A DNA stretch of 64,000 bases from Candidatus Binatia bacterium (GCA_035538435.1 DATLKM010000222.1:16319-80318), one strand, 5' to 3'; shown: positions 39,670-48,635, counted from the stretch's first letter. Notes: generated by a model from the letters alone, not told the origin. Translations and numbers: made by a program.

Positions 39670-42600
39670 ATGTTTTTTCGTCTTGCTACTCTCGCGATCT
39701 GGACTCTTTTATCTGGTTTCAGTGTGGCGCAGCAAGCCTTACCCAATCAGAGTACAACAACTCTGCAGACCAGCATTAATAGTTCGAGCACCAGCGCTCC
39801 GCCGCCCAGATATTTGATTGATGTGAAGGACACAGCAGCGCTCACCCCCCTCAAGTGCCTGCCAGCACCGAAGCACTCGGAAATCAAGGTCAACGTAAAG
39901 AAAGAATACTTCATGGGCGACGCGCCCTTTCACTTGGATGCAACGGCGACAGATGGATTTCCGGTCACGGTGAAGATTACGACAGGGGCGCAATTCGTAG
40001 ATTTTGATCCCGAAAATTTGACGATCACTCCATCGAGTACGTCTGCCGGGACCGTGGAGTTGTCAGTCGAGGAAGGACAAGACTCTCTGACGCATTCAAG
40101 CTGTTCCAATCGAGCCACTCCCGTAAGCAAGTCTTTCAAAATCGTCGAGCAGCAAAGACAATGCATTCCAGGACTTTTTTCTCCCGATTCGGCGGCGGCG
40201 CTGGCTGCACCGAAGTCCGATCTTTCGACTCTGTTGCCCTACATGGGCAATCCTGCTCCGTTTTCATTTCTGTCCATCGGCGGAACGCTTCTGATCTATT
40301 CAGCGCGTTGGCCTCTGCTGGCCGGTGATACGGCCCGGTTGAACACAATTGAAGCGAAACTGATGGATTTGATCCCGCTGAGCAAGAACCTTCCTCCCAC
40401 CTCGTCGACAGGGACCACGGCACCACCAACGGGCCCACCAACTCCTCCTGCGAAGCCGGTTTATACGCTCGAGGTGCCGGTGCCACATTCCGCCGCACTC
40501 GGAGATCTAGCTGCCAAACTTTCGACCGCGAACTATAGCGACTTCTTCATCCAGGACGTGGGGAATCAACGAGTCCGTATCAGCACCGCGACCATGCCGG
40601 ATTGCACCAAGTTGACGGCATTTCTGAGAACCATCAGAGACATCGCTTGGCAACCATCGCCGGTGAACGGAGTGGCCAAACTGTTCTTTCTTAATAGTTC
40701 GGATGTGAGCGCCGCATTGGGTGCAAACTCCGGATCCAGTTCCTCTGCCTCGAGCCCCGGATCGGGAGGTATCTCTCCAGCCAGCGGTGGGGTTGCGGCC
40801 GGGTCGAGTGGAGGGGGAACCCCGCCATCGGGACAGTCAGGCACAAGCGGCACACCCGCTTCGGGAAGCGCGGGATCCAGTGGGGGAGGCGGGCCCAGCG
40901 GAGGTCCATCCACGGCAACGCCGAGCAGCTCCACCACTACGACCGCTACTACAGTGGGGCCCGGTGGCGGCGCCGGCACAACGACATCTCCCAATGCCCC
41001 AAATACTGGGAGTTCGTCCAGTGGATCCGGTTCGGGCGGTACGACGCTGGGCGGCGGGTCTGGATCTTCGGGATCGACTATTCCCAGCGCCGCGGCGACC
41101 GCTGCCGCCGTAGGAACAGATCAAATGTTATTTGCCGCGCCGGTGATTGGAGAAGACAGCCTGGTGAGCGAGAAGAAGCGCCTTCTCGCCCTGCTGGATC
41201 TGCCGCGGCCACAGATGATTTTGAACGCCTGGACACTGCAAACCTCCTCCAGCGATCCCGATATCGCGAATAAGGCCGCCGAATATGCGCGCCATTTGAT
41301 CCTGCAGTACAACGACGTCTTGCAGAACACGATTGACGTGGGCTGGGAGTATTTGCGGGATCAAGTCGCGCACCCGAACGATTATTTCAATCTGGATTTC
41401 TACACCTATGTGACCGGCAAATTTGTCGCGGATCCTCCATTGGATTCGTGCTCTGCTTCGCAGCCAGAGGCCTTAGTCTCACAGTGCATTGCGGGCCGCT
41501 TGATGAAACGACAAATGGGTACGCCTCTCCCCAAAGAGAACCGGCAAAAATTCGGGGTTTGTCCGGCCGATAAGTATTGTCTCGGTTATGCGAACATATT
41601 TCAGCCATTACACCCGCGCCTTACCGACCTGCTCCTGGCGGTAATTGCAGGCAACGACCCCTACACGACCACCATGGCGGCTATCAACAGAATGGAAGAT
41701 CTTGCCAGCGGCTACCCTCAGGATTTTGCCGCATTTCAGGGTGATTGCTTCGAAAAAGACCGGCATTTCGACCCGAACGATGAGCCGGCGTCACTTGGAC
41801 ACGAACACTTTTTCCTGGAATGCTTTCGAGGTGCCGCGGCGGCTGCGTTTCTTTCGTCGGGGGAGGAACCGGGAGGTCTCGGCCTGTTACGAGCATCGCT
41901 GGCAGATTTCTTATTCAACTACAAGCAGGCGCAGTTTTATCCGCATGAATTCAGCCCTTACGAATTGAGCCATAGTGCGCAACAACTGGATACTGCACTG
42001 GCTCCGCTGGTAGACGCATTCAATCGCGACCTCGCCGCCTACCAGCTTTCCGTGTCGGAACGGATCATTGCGCATAAGGCAAAAGAAGCTCCATGGGCAG
42101 GGGCGGAAAAAGCAACTTTTATCAACAATGGCCTAATCACGGTTCGCACCCTCAGCGGCTTTGAAACTGTGGTCAACACCACCTCCCAGAGCTTCCTTGA
42201 TGCCACCCAACAGCCGACTGTTTCAGCCCTACTGAGCTCCATCGAAGGCGCACACGGAACGGGCGTGTCAACCAGCTCAGCCACCGGGATGACCGACGTG
42301 TTGCAGAACATCAGCCCGATTCAGGCGCAGGTGATTATGGGAACATTGGCTGCGGTGCAGACTTCAAAAGTGCAAATTGGAAGATCATTGAACATCGACA
42401 TCACCCCCCGAAGCCTCGCGGGAGCTTCCTCCGCCGAATTGACGGTAAAGCTCAATGCTGATGAATCGGCGAGCCCGACGTACTACAACCCGTCCCAGAG
42501 TACTGCAGCCGACCTGTCTCGAGTGGCGAATCATGACACCACGACAAAAGTTCGGGTCGACTCCATCAAGCTTTTCGACGTTTCCACTCTTACCGCGGAA

Positions 42601-43062
42601 TTGCAGAAGTCACGCACGCGTTTCCCGCTCCTTCCGCCTTTCGTGGAGATTCCGTATATCGGAACTCTGATCGGAGTTCCACTGCCGAGTGCAAAGGAGT
42701 TCCACAACAGCACTGTCATGATCAGCGCGATCATTGTGCCCACTGCTGCAGACATCGCTTTGGATCTGGAGTTCTTTCCCGACCGGTTGGTGGATTCCAA
42801 TGGAGCTTCACGCTGCACCTGGCCGGACGCGAACGGAAACCCACCGGCTCCCGACTCTGCAGTTCCCCGGTGCAACCTGCGTTTGGCAAGGTCCTTCTCG
42901 GACATCGACTCGACCGGAATAACGCACTTCCACCGCGAAATGGTTTCCTGCATTGCGAACCGGATGCATACCGGCCATGCAATTTTTGACACGGGCGGGC
43001 ATCCTGCACTCAGTAACTGCTGGTCTTTGTCACTTCAGAAAGAAGAGTGGGATAGTAAATAA
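39670..43062 (+). CDS. giant secreted secretin-like outer-membrane protein (1130 aa)
   Basis: Signal peptide MFFRLATLAIWTLLSGFSVAQQ with GGAG 5 nt upstream. Secretin-N-like modules. Junction KKRLLALLDLPRPQMILNAWTLQTSS. C-terminal RFPLLPPFVEIPYIGTLIGVPLPSAKEFHNSTVMISAIIVPTAADI resembles the secretin C-terminal motif. The CDS itself is well supported; the family call is motif-level only. Confidence 0.6.
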   Translation: MFFRLATLAIWTLLSGFSVAQQALPNQSTTTLQTSINSSSTSAPPPRYLIDVKDTAALTPLKCLPAPKHSEIKVNVKKEYFMGDAPFHLDATATDGFPVTVKITTGAQFVDFDPENLTITPSSTSAGTVELSVEEGQDSLTHSSCSNRATPVSKSFKIVEQQRQCIPGLFSPDSAAALAAPKSDLSTLLPYMGNPAPFSFLSIGGTLLIYSARWPLLAGDTARLNTIEAKLMDLIPLSKNLPPTSSTGTTAPPTGPPTPPAKPVYTLEVPVPHSAALGDLAAKLSTANYSDFFIQDVGNQRVRISTATMPDCTKLTAFLRTIRDIAWQPSPVNGVAKLFFLNSSDVSAALGANSGSSSSASSPGSGGISPASGGVAAGSSGGGTPPSGQSGTSGTPASGSAGSSGGGGPSGGPSTATPSSSTTTTATTVGPGGGAGTTTSPNAPNTGSSSSGSGSGGTTLGGGSGSSGSTIPSAAATAAAVGTDQMLFAAPVIGEDSLVSEKKRLLALLDLPRPQMILNAWTLQTSSSDPDIANKAAEYARHLILQYNDVLQNTIDVGWEYLRDQVAHPNDYFNLDFYTYVTGKFVADPPLDSCSASQPEALVSQCIAGRLMKRQMGTPLPKENRQKFGVCPADKYCLGYANIFQPLHPRLTDLLLAVIAGNDPYTTTMAAINRMEDLASGYPQDFAAFQGDCFEKDRHFDPNDEPASLGHEHFFLECFRGAAAAAFLSSGEEPGGLGLLRASLADFLFNYKQAQFYPHEFSPYELSHSAQQLDTALAPLVDAFNRDLAAYQLSVSERIIAHKAKEAPWAGAEKATFINNGLITVRTLSGFETVVNTTSQSFLDATQQPTVSALLSSIEGAHGTGVSTSSATGMTDVLQNISPIQAQVIMGTLAAVQTSKVQIGRSLNIDITPRSLAGASSAELTVKLNADESASPTYYNPSQSTAADLSRVANHDTTTKVRVDSIKLFDVSTLTAELQKSRTRFPLLPPFVEIPYIGTLIGVPLPSAKEFHNSTVMISAIIVPTAADIALDLEFFPDRLVDSNGASRCTWPDANGNPPAPDSAVPRCNLRLARSFSDIDSTGITHFHREMVSCIANRMHTGHAIFDTGGHPALSNCWSLSLQKEEWDSK
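40720..41110 (+). repeat. Ser/Gly/Thr low-complexity linker coding region inside the secretin-like gene
   Basis: Encodes ANSGSSSSASSPGSGGISPASGG...SSSTTTTATTVGPGGGAGTTTSP...GGGSGSSGSTIPSAAATAAAVG. It spawns several spurious overlapping ORFs in the track. Confidence 0.7.
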
Positions 43063-43154
43063 GCGCGTTCGTTTCTCGACCGGCGCATCTTCTTAGTACG
43101 TCGTTTCCTGGCCTCAACGCCACCGGGTAAATAGCTTCCTCCACCCTGTTGGCC

Positions 43155-43257
43155 ATTGTTGAGCCACCACCGAGGGTCGGAAAACCTGGACCAAGACCAA
43201 ACGCTCGTTGTACTGCCCTTGCGTCAGGTTGAGTGGTGCCGAGACATAATTCATCTC
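43155..43257 (-). pseudogene. 3'-terminal fragment of an outer-membrane-factor (OMF) gene
   Basis: The translation EMNYVSAPLNLTQGQYNERLVLVQVF, then a frameshifted LGGG, parallels ETNYFSAELNLVQAQYNERLALVQVYQALGGGW of the intact OMF at 22.1 kb. No upstream body is present. Confidence 0.5.
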
Positions 43258-43352
43258 GCCTGGCGCCACGTGATCTTCTTCGCCATTGCCTGCAACATCA
43301 CGTCCCGTACCTTCATCGCCCGCTCCATCGCGGCCTTCGGATAATCTTCCAT
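43251..43352 (-). pseudogene. possible 5' fragment of an IS transposase (HTH leader)
   Basis: 33-codon ORF MEDYPKAAMERAMKVRDVMLQAMAKKITWRQAR*. It resembles, from memory, the N-termini of IS481/ISNCY-type transposases (…KITW.QAAEI.G.S…). Abuts the OMF fragment. Confidence 0.3.
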
Positions 43353-43845
43353 GCTCCGCATGGTCTCTCATCCTCGCCGCCCGCCAAGCGGACATTTCAC
43401 GTGCTATTTCAACCGGACATATCATGTGCTATCGACAGACACTGACTGTAGGTTTGACCAATCAGTGAAACTCGGCTACTATTGCGGCATTTCGTGGGGA
43501 TCGCAATTCCCGGCATACGGGAATGTGCCGGGTTCGCGGGGCCTAATAGATCAACCTTCCCCCAAAGGCAGGCCCCGCGTGAGATGTCGCACCTTCATCA
43601 CTCGCCTGCTCGGGGGGGAAAGCGAGAAAGGAGGGCCTTGACCAATCAAGGAAATCCACCCGAGCTTGACGTGACGACCTGAGCCAAATGACGTAATAAC
43701 AATTGGCTACTGTGTCCCGTCGTGAACTGAGGAACGATTCCCGACGATGACTCATCCAGAAGGCGGAACATGGCGTGTAAGCAGATCGGCGCTTCATCCA
43801 GGCCTGTGAGTGTGATCCGGATTTAACGCCAACTTTGTCCGGCGT

Positions 43846-45591
43846 TTAGTTCTTCACCTTTTCCTTCTCTGCCGCATTGACAAGCGGATTCGTCTCCAAC
43901 GGCTTTCCGCGGTCAACCAGGCCCACGTAATCCGTCGCGTGGAAGGGATAGAAACGATCCGACTCTCGCCCTGTCGAGCTCAACTTGATATCCACGCGCC
44001 GATTGTTGGCCAGAACCAGGGTCTGAATTCTCGTGAGTGCTTTCTGCCGCTCCTCCTCCGTTAGGTTCGGATTCCGCTGAATCAAATCCTTAACCTGCTC
44101 CTCGCTGAGATTTTGTTCTTTGCCGTAGGCCTGGGTCTCGAGGTTCGCTTCCGGAACTCCCTGTTCGACCAGAAAGCGTTTGGCCAAGTCGGCTCTTCTC
44201 TCCGAGAGCGCTTGGTTGTAGCTGACGGGTCCGCGCCTGTCGGCATGACCGCCAAGCACAAGATGTGCATTCGGCTCCGCAGTCAGAAATGCCTTGAATG
44301 ATTCAGCCAAGGCCTTCAACGCGTCGCGTTCGCTGGCCAGCAGGGCGTCATCCGTTTTCAGAGAGTGCGGCCGATTTGTGGGGAAATACACACTTCGCGA
44401 AAGAGTCAGTTCCGGCTGTTCGATGGTACCTACGATGTGGAGTTCAGCGGTGCGAGTTTCGCTCGCGCCGCACGGGTTTGATGCCGTCAGGGTGTATCGG
44501 ACGGTTTCATCGACCGAGCCCGGAGTGGTTTTCTTGGGAGCAATCTCGAGCGACCGGTTCCCGCTGGCGCTAACGGTTCCGAGTTGGTCAATGGAGACGG
44601 TCGAGGCGTTGGACGCCGACCAACTCAAGGCGGAGTTGTCATTTTGCACGACCTTATCGCCGATGCGCCGGTAATGAACTTCCCCGGGCGCGAGCTGGAG
44701 CTGCGCCTGAATCCCGGTGTTGACATTCACCGTAGTGCTTGAAGTCGCCGTGCCACCTGGACCAGCGGCGGTCAGCTTGTATGTCGTGGTCTGCTTGGGT
44801 TGAATACTCTGGTCACCACTCGACGCCACCTGCCCTACGTTGGCGATCTGGACGCCAGGCGCATCCGTGGTTGTCCACTTGAGCTGCGATGAATCGCCGC
44901 AGTTCAGTTGTGCCGTGCTGGCGGAAAGTTGGGCTGTAGGTTTGGCGACGGCGATAGTGGCGCTGGCTGTACCCGCGGTAAATCGCGGGATCGAGGACAG
45001 CTTCAATCCGCGTGGCCAGTCAACCGTCTTTCGGATGCCCTTCGGAACGTCAATCACGGCACGCTTGTTCGCGAGCACCTCCACTTGCCCGGACCAGACA
45101 TCTCCGTCCTTATTTTGAACGGTGATTTGGTGGGTTCCCGGAGGGACGGCGAGTTCCTGCTTCCATACCCAACTGTTGTTGAACTCGTCGCCGTGGCCAA
45201 CAAAATAGGCGGGAGTTTTTCCATTCAGCAGCACTGCATCGCGGTCAGCGCCTTCGATGGTTATCGCTCCGAACGGACCTGGTACAGCACCGGCAATCGG
45301 CTGCAGGCTCACTTCGAGATCGGCAGTTTTGCCCGCCGTGATCGTGACGGTGCGGGTCTCGGGCTTATAACCGTAATTCGCCAGTTCGATGTTGTGGTCG
45401 CCTGCGCTTAAACTCAAACTGCGATGCTTGCTGGCTTCGCTGATAGCGCGGCCATCCACCCACACATAAGCCTGTTTTGGAGTCACGTGGATGGCGACCT
45501 TGCCGTCGCCACCCTGTGCCATGCACGGCCCAATCAGCCCCAACGCAAAGGCACAACCGGCAAATGGAATCAACGGGAGATGCGTTTTCAT
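43846..45591 (-). CDS. OmpA-family peptidoglycan-binding protein with PEGA-like and Ig-like modules
   Basis: Signal peptide. PEGA-like AIHVTPKQAYVWVDGRAI...GYKPETRTVTITAGK. C-terminal LVLGGHADRRGPVSYNQALSERRADLAKRFL. Confidence 0.85.
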   Translation of the reverse strand: MKTHLPLIPFAGCAFALGLIGPCMAQGGDGKVAIHVTPKQAYVWVDGRAISEASKHRSLSLSAGDHNIELANYGYKPETRTVTITAGKTADLEVSLQPIAGAVPGPFGAITIEGADRDAVLLNGKTPAYFVGHGDEFNNSWVWKQELAVPPGTHQITVQNKDGDVWSGQVEVLANKRAVIDVPKGIRKTVDWPRGLKLSSIPRFTAGTASATIAVAKPTAQLSASTAQLNCGDSSQLKWTTTDAPGVQIANVGQVASSGDQSIQPKQTTTYKLTAAGPGGTATSSTTVNVNTGIQAQLQLAPGEVHYRRIGDKVVQNDNSALSWSASNASTVSIDQLGTVSASGNRSLEIAPKKTTPGSVDETVRYTLTASNPCGASETRTAELHIVGTIEQPELTLSRSVYFPTNRPHSLKTDDALLASERDALKALAESFKAFLTAEPNAHLVLGGHADRRGPVSYNQALSERRADLAKRFLVEQGVPEANLETQAYGKEQNLSEEQVKDLIQRNPNLTEEERQKALTRIQTLVLANNRRVDIKLSSTGRESDRFYPFHATDYVGLVDRGKPLETNPLVNAAEKEKVKN

Positions 45592-45831
45592 GATGCGCTC
45601 CTTAGTTAAAAGACTCGGCGCAAAGCACTCGGGTAAACCGCATACGGATTCCGGGCACTCTAGGTCGGAAGAATTGTACGCCGAAAGGCGTAGCGAGATA
45701 CCAAGCGGATTCTGGTCTTCGTGAAAACAGTCTGCAATTCAAAAAGAAAAACTAAGGTGCACTTATCGACGCAGGGGCGACTGCTGAACGGCTATTCTCT
45801 GGCAGGCGGCGGACAAACTCGCCCTCAAGCA

Positions 45832-47307
45832 TTACTGCATAGGCAATTTCGCAGTAACTGCCTGCCGGGCCTCTAAAGCAGCGTGCAGTTTCTTCGCACG
45901 TTGAAAGGCAGAATCATGCTCTGCCCAAGGCAAGAGCACATCAGGGGTGATTCCGTTCACTTCGTTTGACCCATCGGCACGAAAGCGAACACAATCCGGC
46001 ATCTCAAGCTGCGCACCAGAATTCTTAAGCTTGGAAGGAATGCCCCCGTTTGTGTAGCCGCAGCCTGCTCCTCCCGTCACTTCTCCGACGATGGTAGCGG
46101 CGTGATTGTCCTGTAATAGTGCCGCGAAATACTCGGCTGCTGACCAGGTTTCACGATCCACGACGACATAGAGAGGCAGCGCCTTCGGGCTCTCGCTGTA
46201 GGCATAACGACTTGGATAAAAGAGGACAGTTCTGGATTGAAGTGAAGCGAGACTCCCAGGCTTCGCATAATCGAGTATTCCTGATGCGAACAAGAGTTCC
46301 TTGACCAACGGAGAGCAGTTGAGTTTTCCTGTATTCCATACTCCTGTTGCATTGCATGGCTGCTTGCTTGCGTCGATTGCCTTTTCGAGCTTGCTGACTG
46401 CCGCGTCCAAAAGCTGCGCTGAACCGGCGCGGTTCTGGATGTCGGTTTGAACATCTCCGAGGCGGTCTTGAAGCTCCTTGGTCCAGTGTTCATGTTTGAT
46501 GAAGGCCATCTTCGAGTCACGCAGGGGAACAGAACTCAAGGCGCGTGGAGGTGCGTCGACCCAGTCCGAACCCCCTCCATTGTGCGTGATGTCGATTAAC
46601 AGCGCTGTTGCCCCAACTGCGCCGAGTGCTGCTGCCCTTTTCACCAGAGCGGAGGTCAGGAGGTTCGCCGTTGCAAGCTGGACCTGGTCTTCACATTTTT
46701 CGTCGCACTCTGCAGTTTCCGATACGCGCAAATCACGCACGGCCTGTGCACAAACCTCGGGATAGGAGTGTTCGCTGAAGAGACCAATCCGAATGACACC
46801 AAACACAGTGCCGCTTCGCAATCGCAGCAGGCCGCCAGGGAAAAACTTTGCTTCTGGAGTATCCAGCGGAAAAAACTCAGACAGTTCAGAGAAGTCCAAT
46901 CCAGGATGAAGGCGGGTTTTGTAGCCGAGGCGATCACATAGACTCTGCGGCGGGCTGGCCGGAGGCTTGGGCTGTGCGCTGCTCTTGGGCCATTCGATCT
47001 CCAAATGGCCGTCTCCGAAGCTGGCGATAAATTGTTCGAGAACCCGACGAGCATTGTTTTCGTCGCTCGCTACGCGAAGTTTCGCTTCCGTGTCTATCCG
47101 TAGGCGCTGCAGGTCCATTTTGCGATCTTCGACCGCCCATACCAGATTTGCGTAATGCGAAGACATCTCCGACAAGGCTTGATGGAAGTCATCAAGCCAC
47201 GGTTGAGGATCAAAACTCATTGGCTGTCGGTGGTTTCTATTCTGAGGGGAAGCCGCCGCGCAATTAAATAACAATAGAGAAAGAAGAACAAGCAATCCTC
47301 GCCTCAT
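45832..47307 (-). CDS. S41-family peptidase
   Basis: Signal peptide. Motifs GDGHLEIEW, ALLIDITHNGGGSDW, VVDRETWSAAEYFAALL and NGITPDV. Confidence 0.8.
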   Translation of the reverse strand: MRRGLLVLLSLLLFNCAAASPQNRNHRQPMSFDPQPWLDDFHQALSEMSSHYANLVWAVEDRKMDLQRLRIDTEAKLRVASDENNARRVLEQFIASFGDGHLEIEWPKSSAQPKPPASPPQSLCDRLGYKTRLHPGLDFSELSEFFPLDTPEAKFFPGGLLRLRSGTVFGVIRIGLFSEHSYPEVCAQAVRDLRVSETAECDEKCEDQVQLATANLLTSALVKRAAALGAVGATALLIDITHNGGGSDWVDAPPRALSSVPLRDSKMAFIKHEHWTKELQDRLGDVQTDIQNRAGSAQLLDAAVSKLEKAIDASKQPCNATGVWNTGKLNCSPLVKELLFASGILDYAKPGSLASLQSRTVLFYPSRYAYSESPKALPLYVVVDRETWSAAEYFAALLQDNHAATIVGEVTGGAGCGYTNGGIPSKLKNSGAQLEMPDCVRFRADGSNEVNGITPDVLLPWAEHDSAFQRAKKLHAALEARQAVTAKLPMQ

Positions 47308-47414
47308 CTCGCCCCCCAGGTGGATTCGCCGCGGCTAATTCTACCGTGCGGCGGAGGGCAAGGCGAGACGGGCAATATTCGAAGGACCTGCAAACGCTTG
47401 GGTCGTGAAAAGGT

Positions 47415-47740
47415 ATGCGGGGAAAAGATGAGCCTCAGTTGGATATGTTCAGCTAGGTCAGCCCCGAGAAGCGAGTTCCGCAAGACCGCCTGTTGGGCCC
47501 GCTGCGCGTCATGATGGATGGGGGTGTTGAGGGAGTCTGTGCCGCCACGGTTCAACAAGCTGCACGCCAGACTGAGCGGCCCTCGATTACAAGAGAAACG
47601 TTATTGCGAGCCCTCCTCCTGCAAGCTGCAATACTCGGTGCGCAGCGAACGGATGTTGATGGAACGGGTCGACTACAACCAGCTGTTCCGCGGTTCGTAG
47701 GCTTGAATATGGATGATCCTATTTGGGAAGTGACGTTTAT
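47415..47740 (+). pseudogene. IS5-family transposase N-terminal (DUF772-type) fragment, degraded
   Basis: MRGKDEPQLDMFS*VSPEKRVPQD..., then (shifted frame) ...LQYSVRSERMLMERVDYNQLFR, then (shifted) FVGLNMDDPIWEVT. Has an in-frame TAG and at least two frameshifts. The DDE domain is absent. Confidence 0.6.
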
Positions 47741-47770
47741 GCCACGTGGGCCCCTGGTGAAAGACCCACC

Positions 47771-47885
47771 TTACGGCGTGAACTCGAAAACCGTGCCATC
47801 GGCAAATGTGCCGGCCACTGAGGGCAGTGCCCATAACGATTTCCCGCCGCGTCGAATGTCAGCGCTCCATATGGCCCGTTGGCCT
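47771..47885 (-). pseudogene. C-terminal fragment of a GloVer-type tandem-repeat protein
   Basis: GPYGALTFDAAGNRYG / (frameshift) AGTFADGTVFEFTP*, matching the DxxGNLYGTT...GTVF.L.P repeat pattern. Confidence 0.35.
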
Positions 47886-48431
47886 GTTCATCGTTCCGCC
47901 CGAGCGCTTACGCTAATAGATGTTCTCGACGCGGACCGGCAAGTTCTGGTCGCCCGTGACCGGGCGGGAAGCGAGCGGATTCCGCCTCGCCCAGCTGGAG
48001 GAACGTTTCGCGCTCTGCCTGTTCGCACGCGGACCGGCAACGCGCCCGATACGATAGTCTTCCGCAGGGTTTGCCCGGTCAAGAAATTCGCTGACCAGAA
48101 ACAGCGCAGCGTCGGTTCACGCAGCCGAAACAGTAGCTGGCCTAGGTCACTAAAGCAAGTGGCGAACCTGGTTAAGAGAGGACCGAAAATGCTCCCTTTT
48201 TCTACGCCGCTGAATTTCTATACGAGCTGCGCTTTTCCAGTTTTGGGTAGGTTGTTTCTGCCATTTTCAGCAATAGTATCGCTTGGAGCTTTTCGACTCG
48301 TTTCGACTCCGCATGTCTTTCCATGATTCGCTCTCGCAAGGTGGATTCGCACTTCGGCACGTAAAATTTGCGGCGTTTCATAAAGGCCGGTCCTCCGGCG
48401 TGCGGGCGAACAATTCTCAAAGTTCAGGGAA

Positions 48432-48635
48432 TTACTTGCTGTCGCTCGCTTCGCGGTCGATGCGCAAGGCGTTTTGACTGCTGCTAATCGGCTTGCAGAC
48501 ATGGAAATGAAACTGTTCACGTATGTCGTCCAGCGGTTCGGGTCGATTCGACTTGAACTGCGAGTTGCAGCGTCCACAGATGCCAAGCATCAGCGGAGGC
48601 GATTGTTTCACAATTTGCAAGCGACGCTTACCCAT
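48432..48635 (-). CDS. small Cys/His-motif protein (67 aa)
   Basis: ICGRCNSQFKSNRPEPLDDIREQFHFHVC. Shares the pattern CxxC...F...(I/E)...F..H.C with 49007-49195. Confidence 0.35.
   Translation of the reverse strand: MGKRRLQIVKQSPPLMLGICGRCNSQFKSNRPEPLDDIREQFHFHVCKPISSSQNALRIDREASDSK

Noticed and set aside
40929-40939. 11-nt identity (ctccaccacta) with the tmRNA 3' end/junction (30694-30704).
   Set aside because: It lies inside the Ser/Thr-rich coding tract of the secretin-like gene (SSSTTTT codons). There is no flanking similarity, so it was judged coincidental.
48288-48313. Possible relic attR: ttttcgactcgtttcgactccgc resembles the tmRNA T-arm region ttttcggacgcgggttcgactcccgc.
   Set aside because: Only a 9-nt exact core (ttcgactcc) matches. 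The similarity needs several gaps, does not continue to the CCA end, and the segment is itself a local tandem duplication of tttcgactc. It is compatible with chance.
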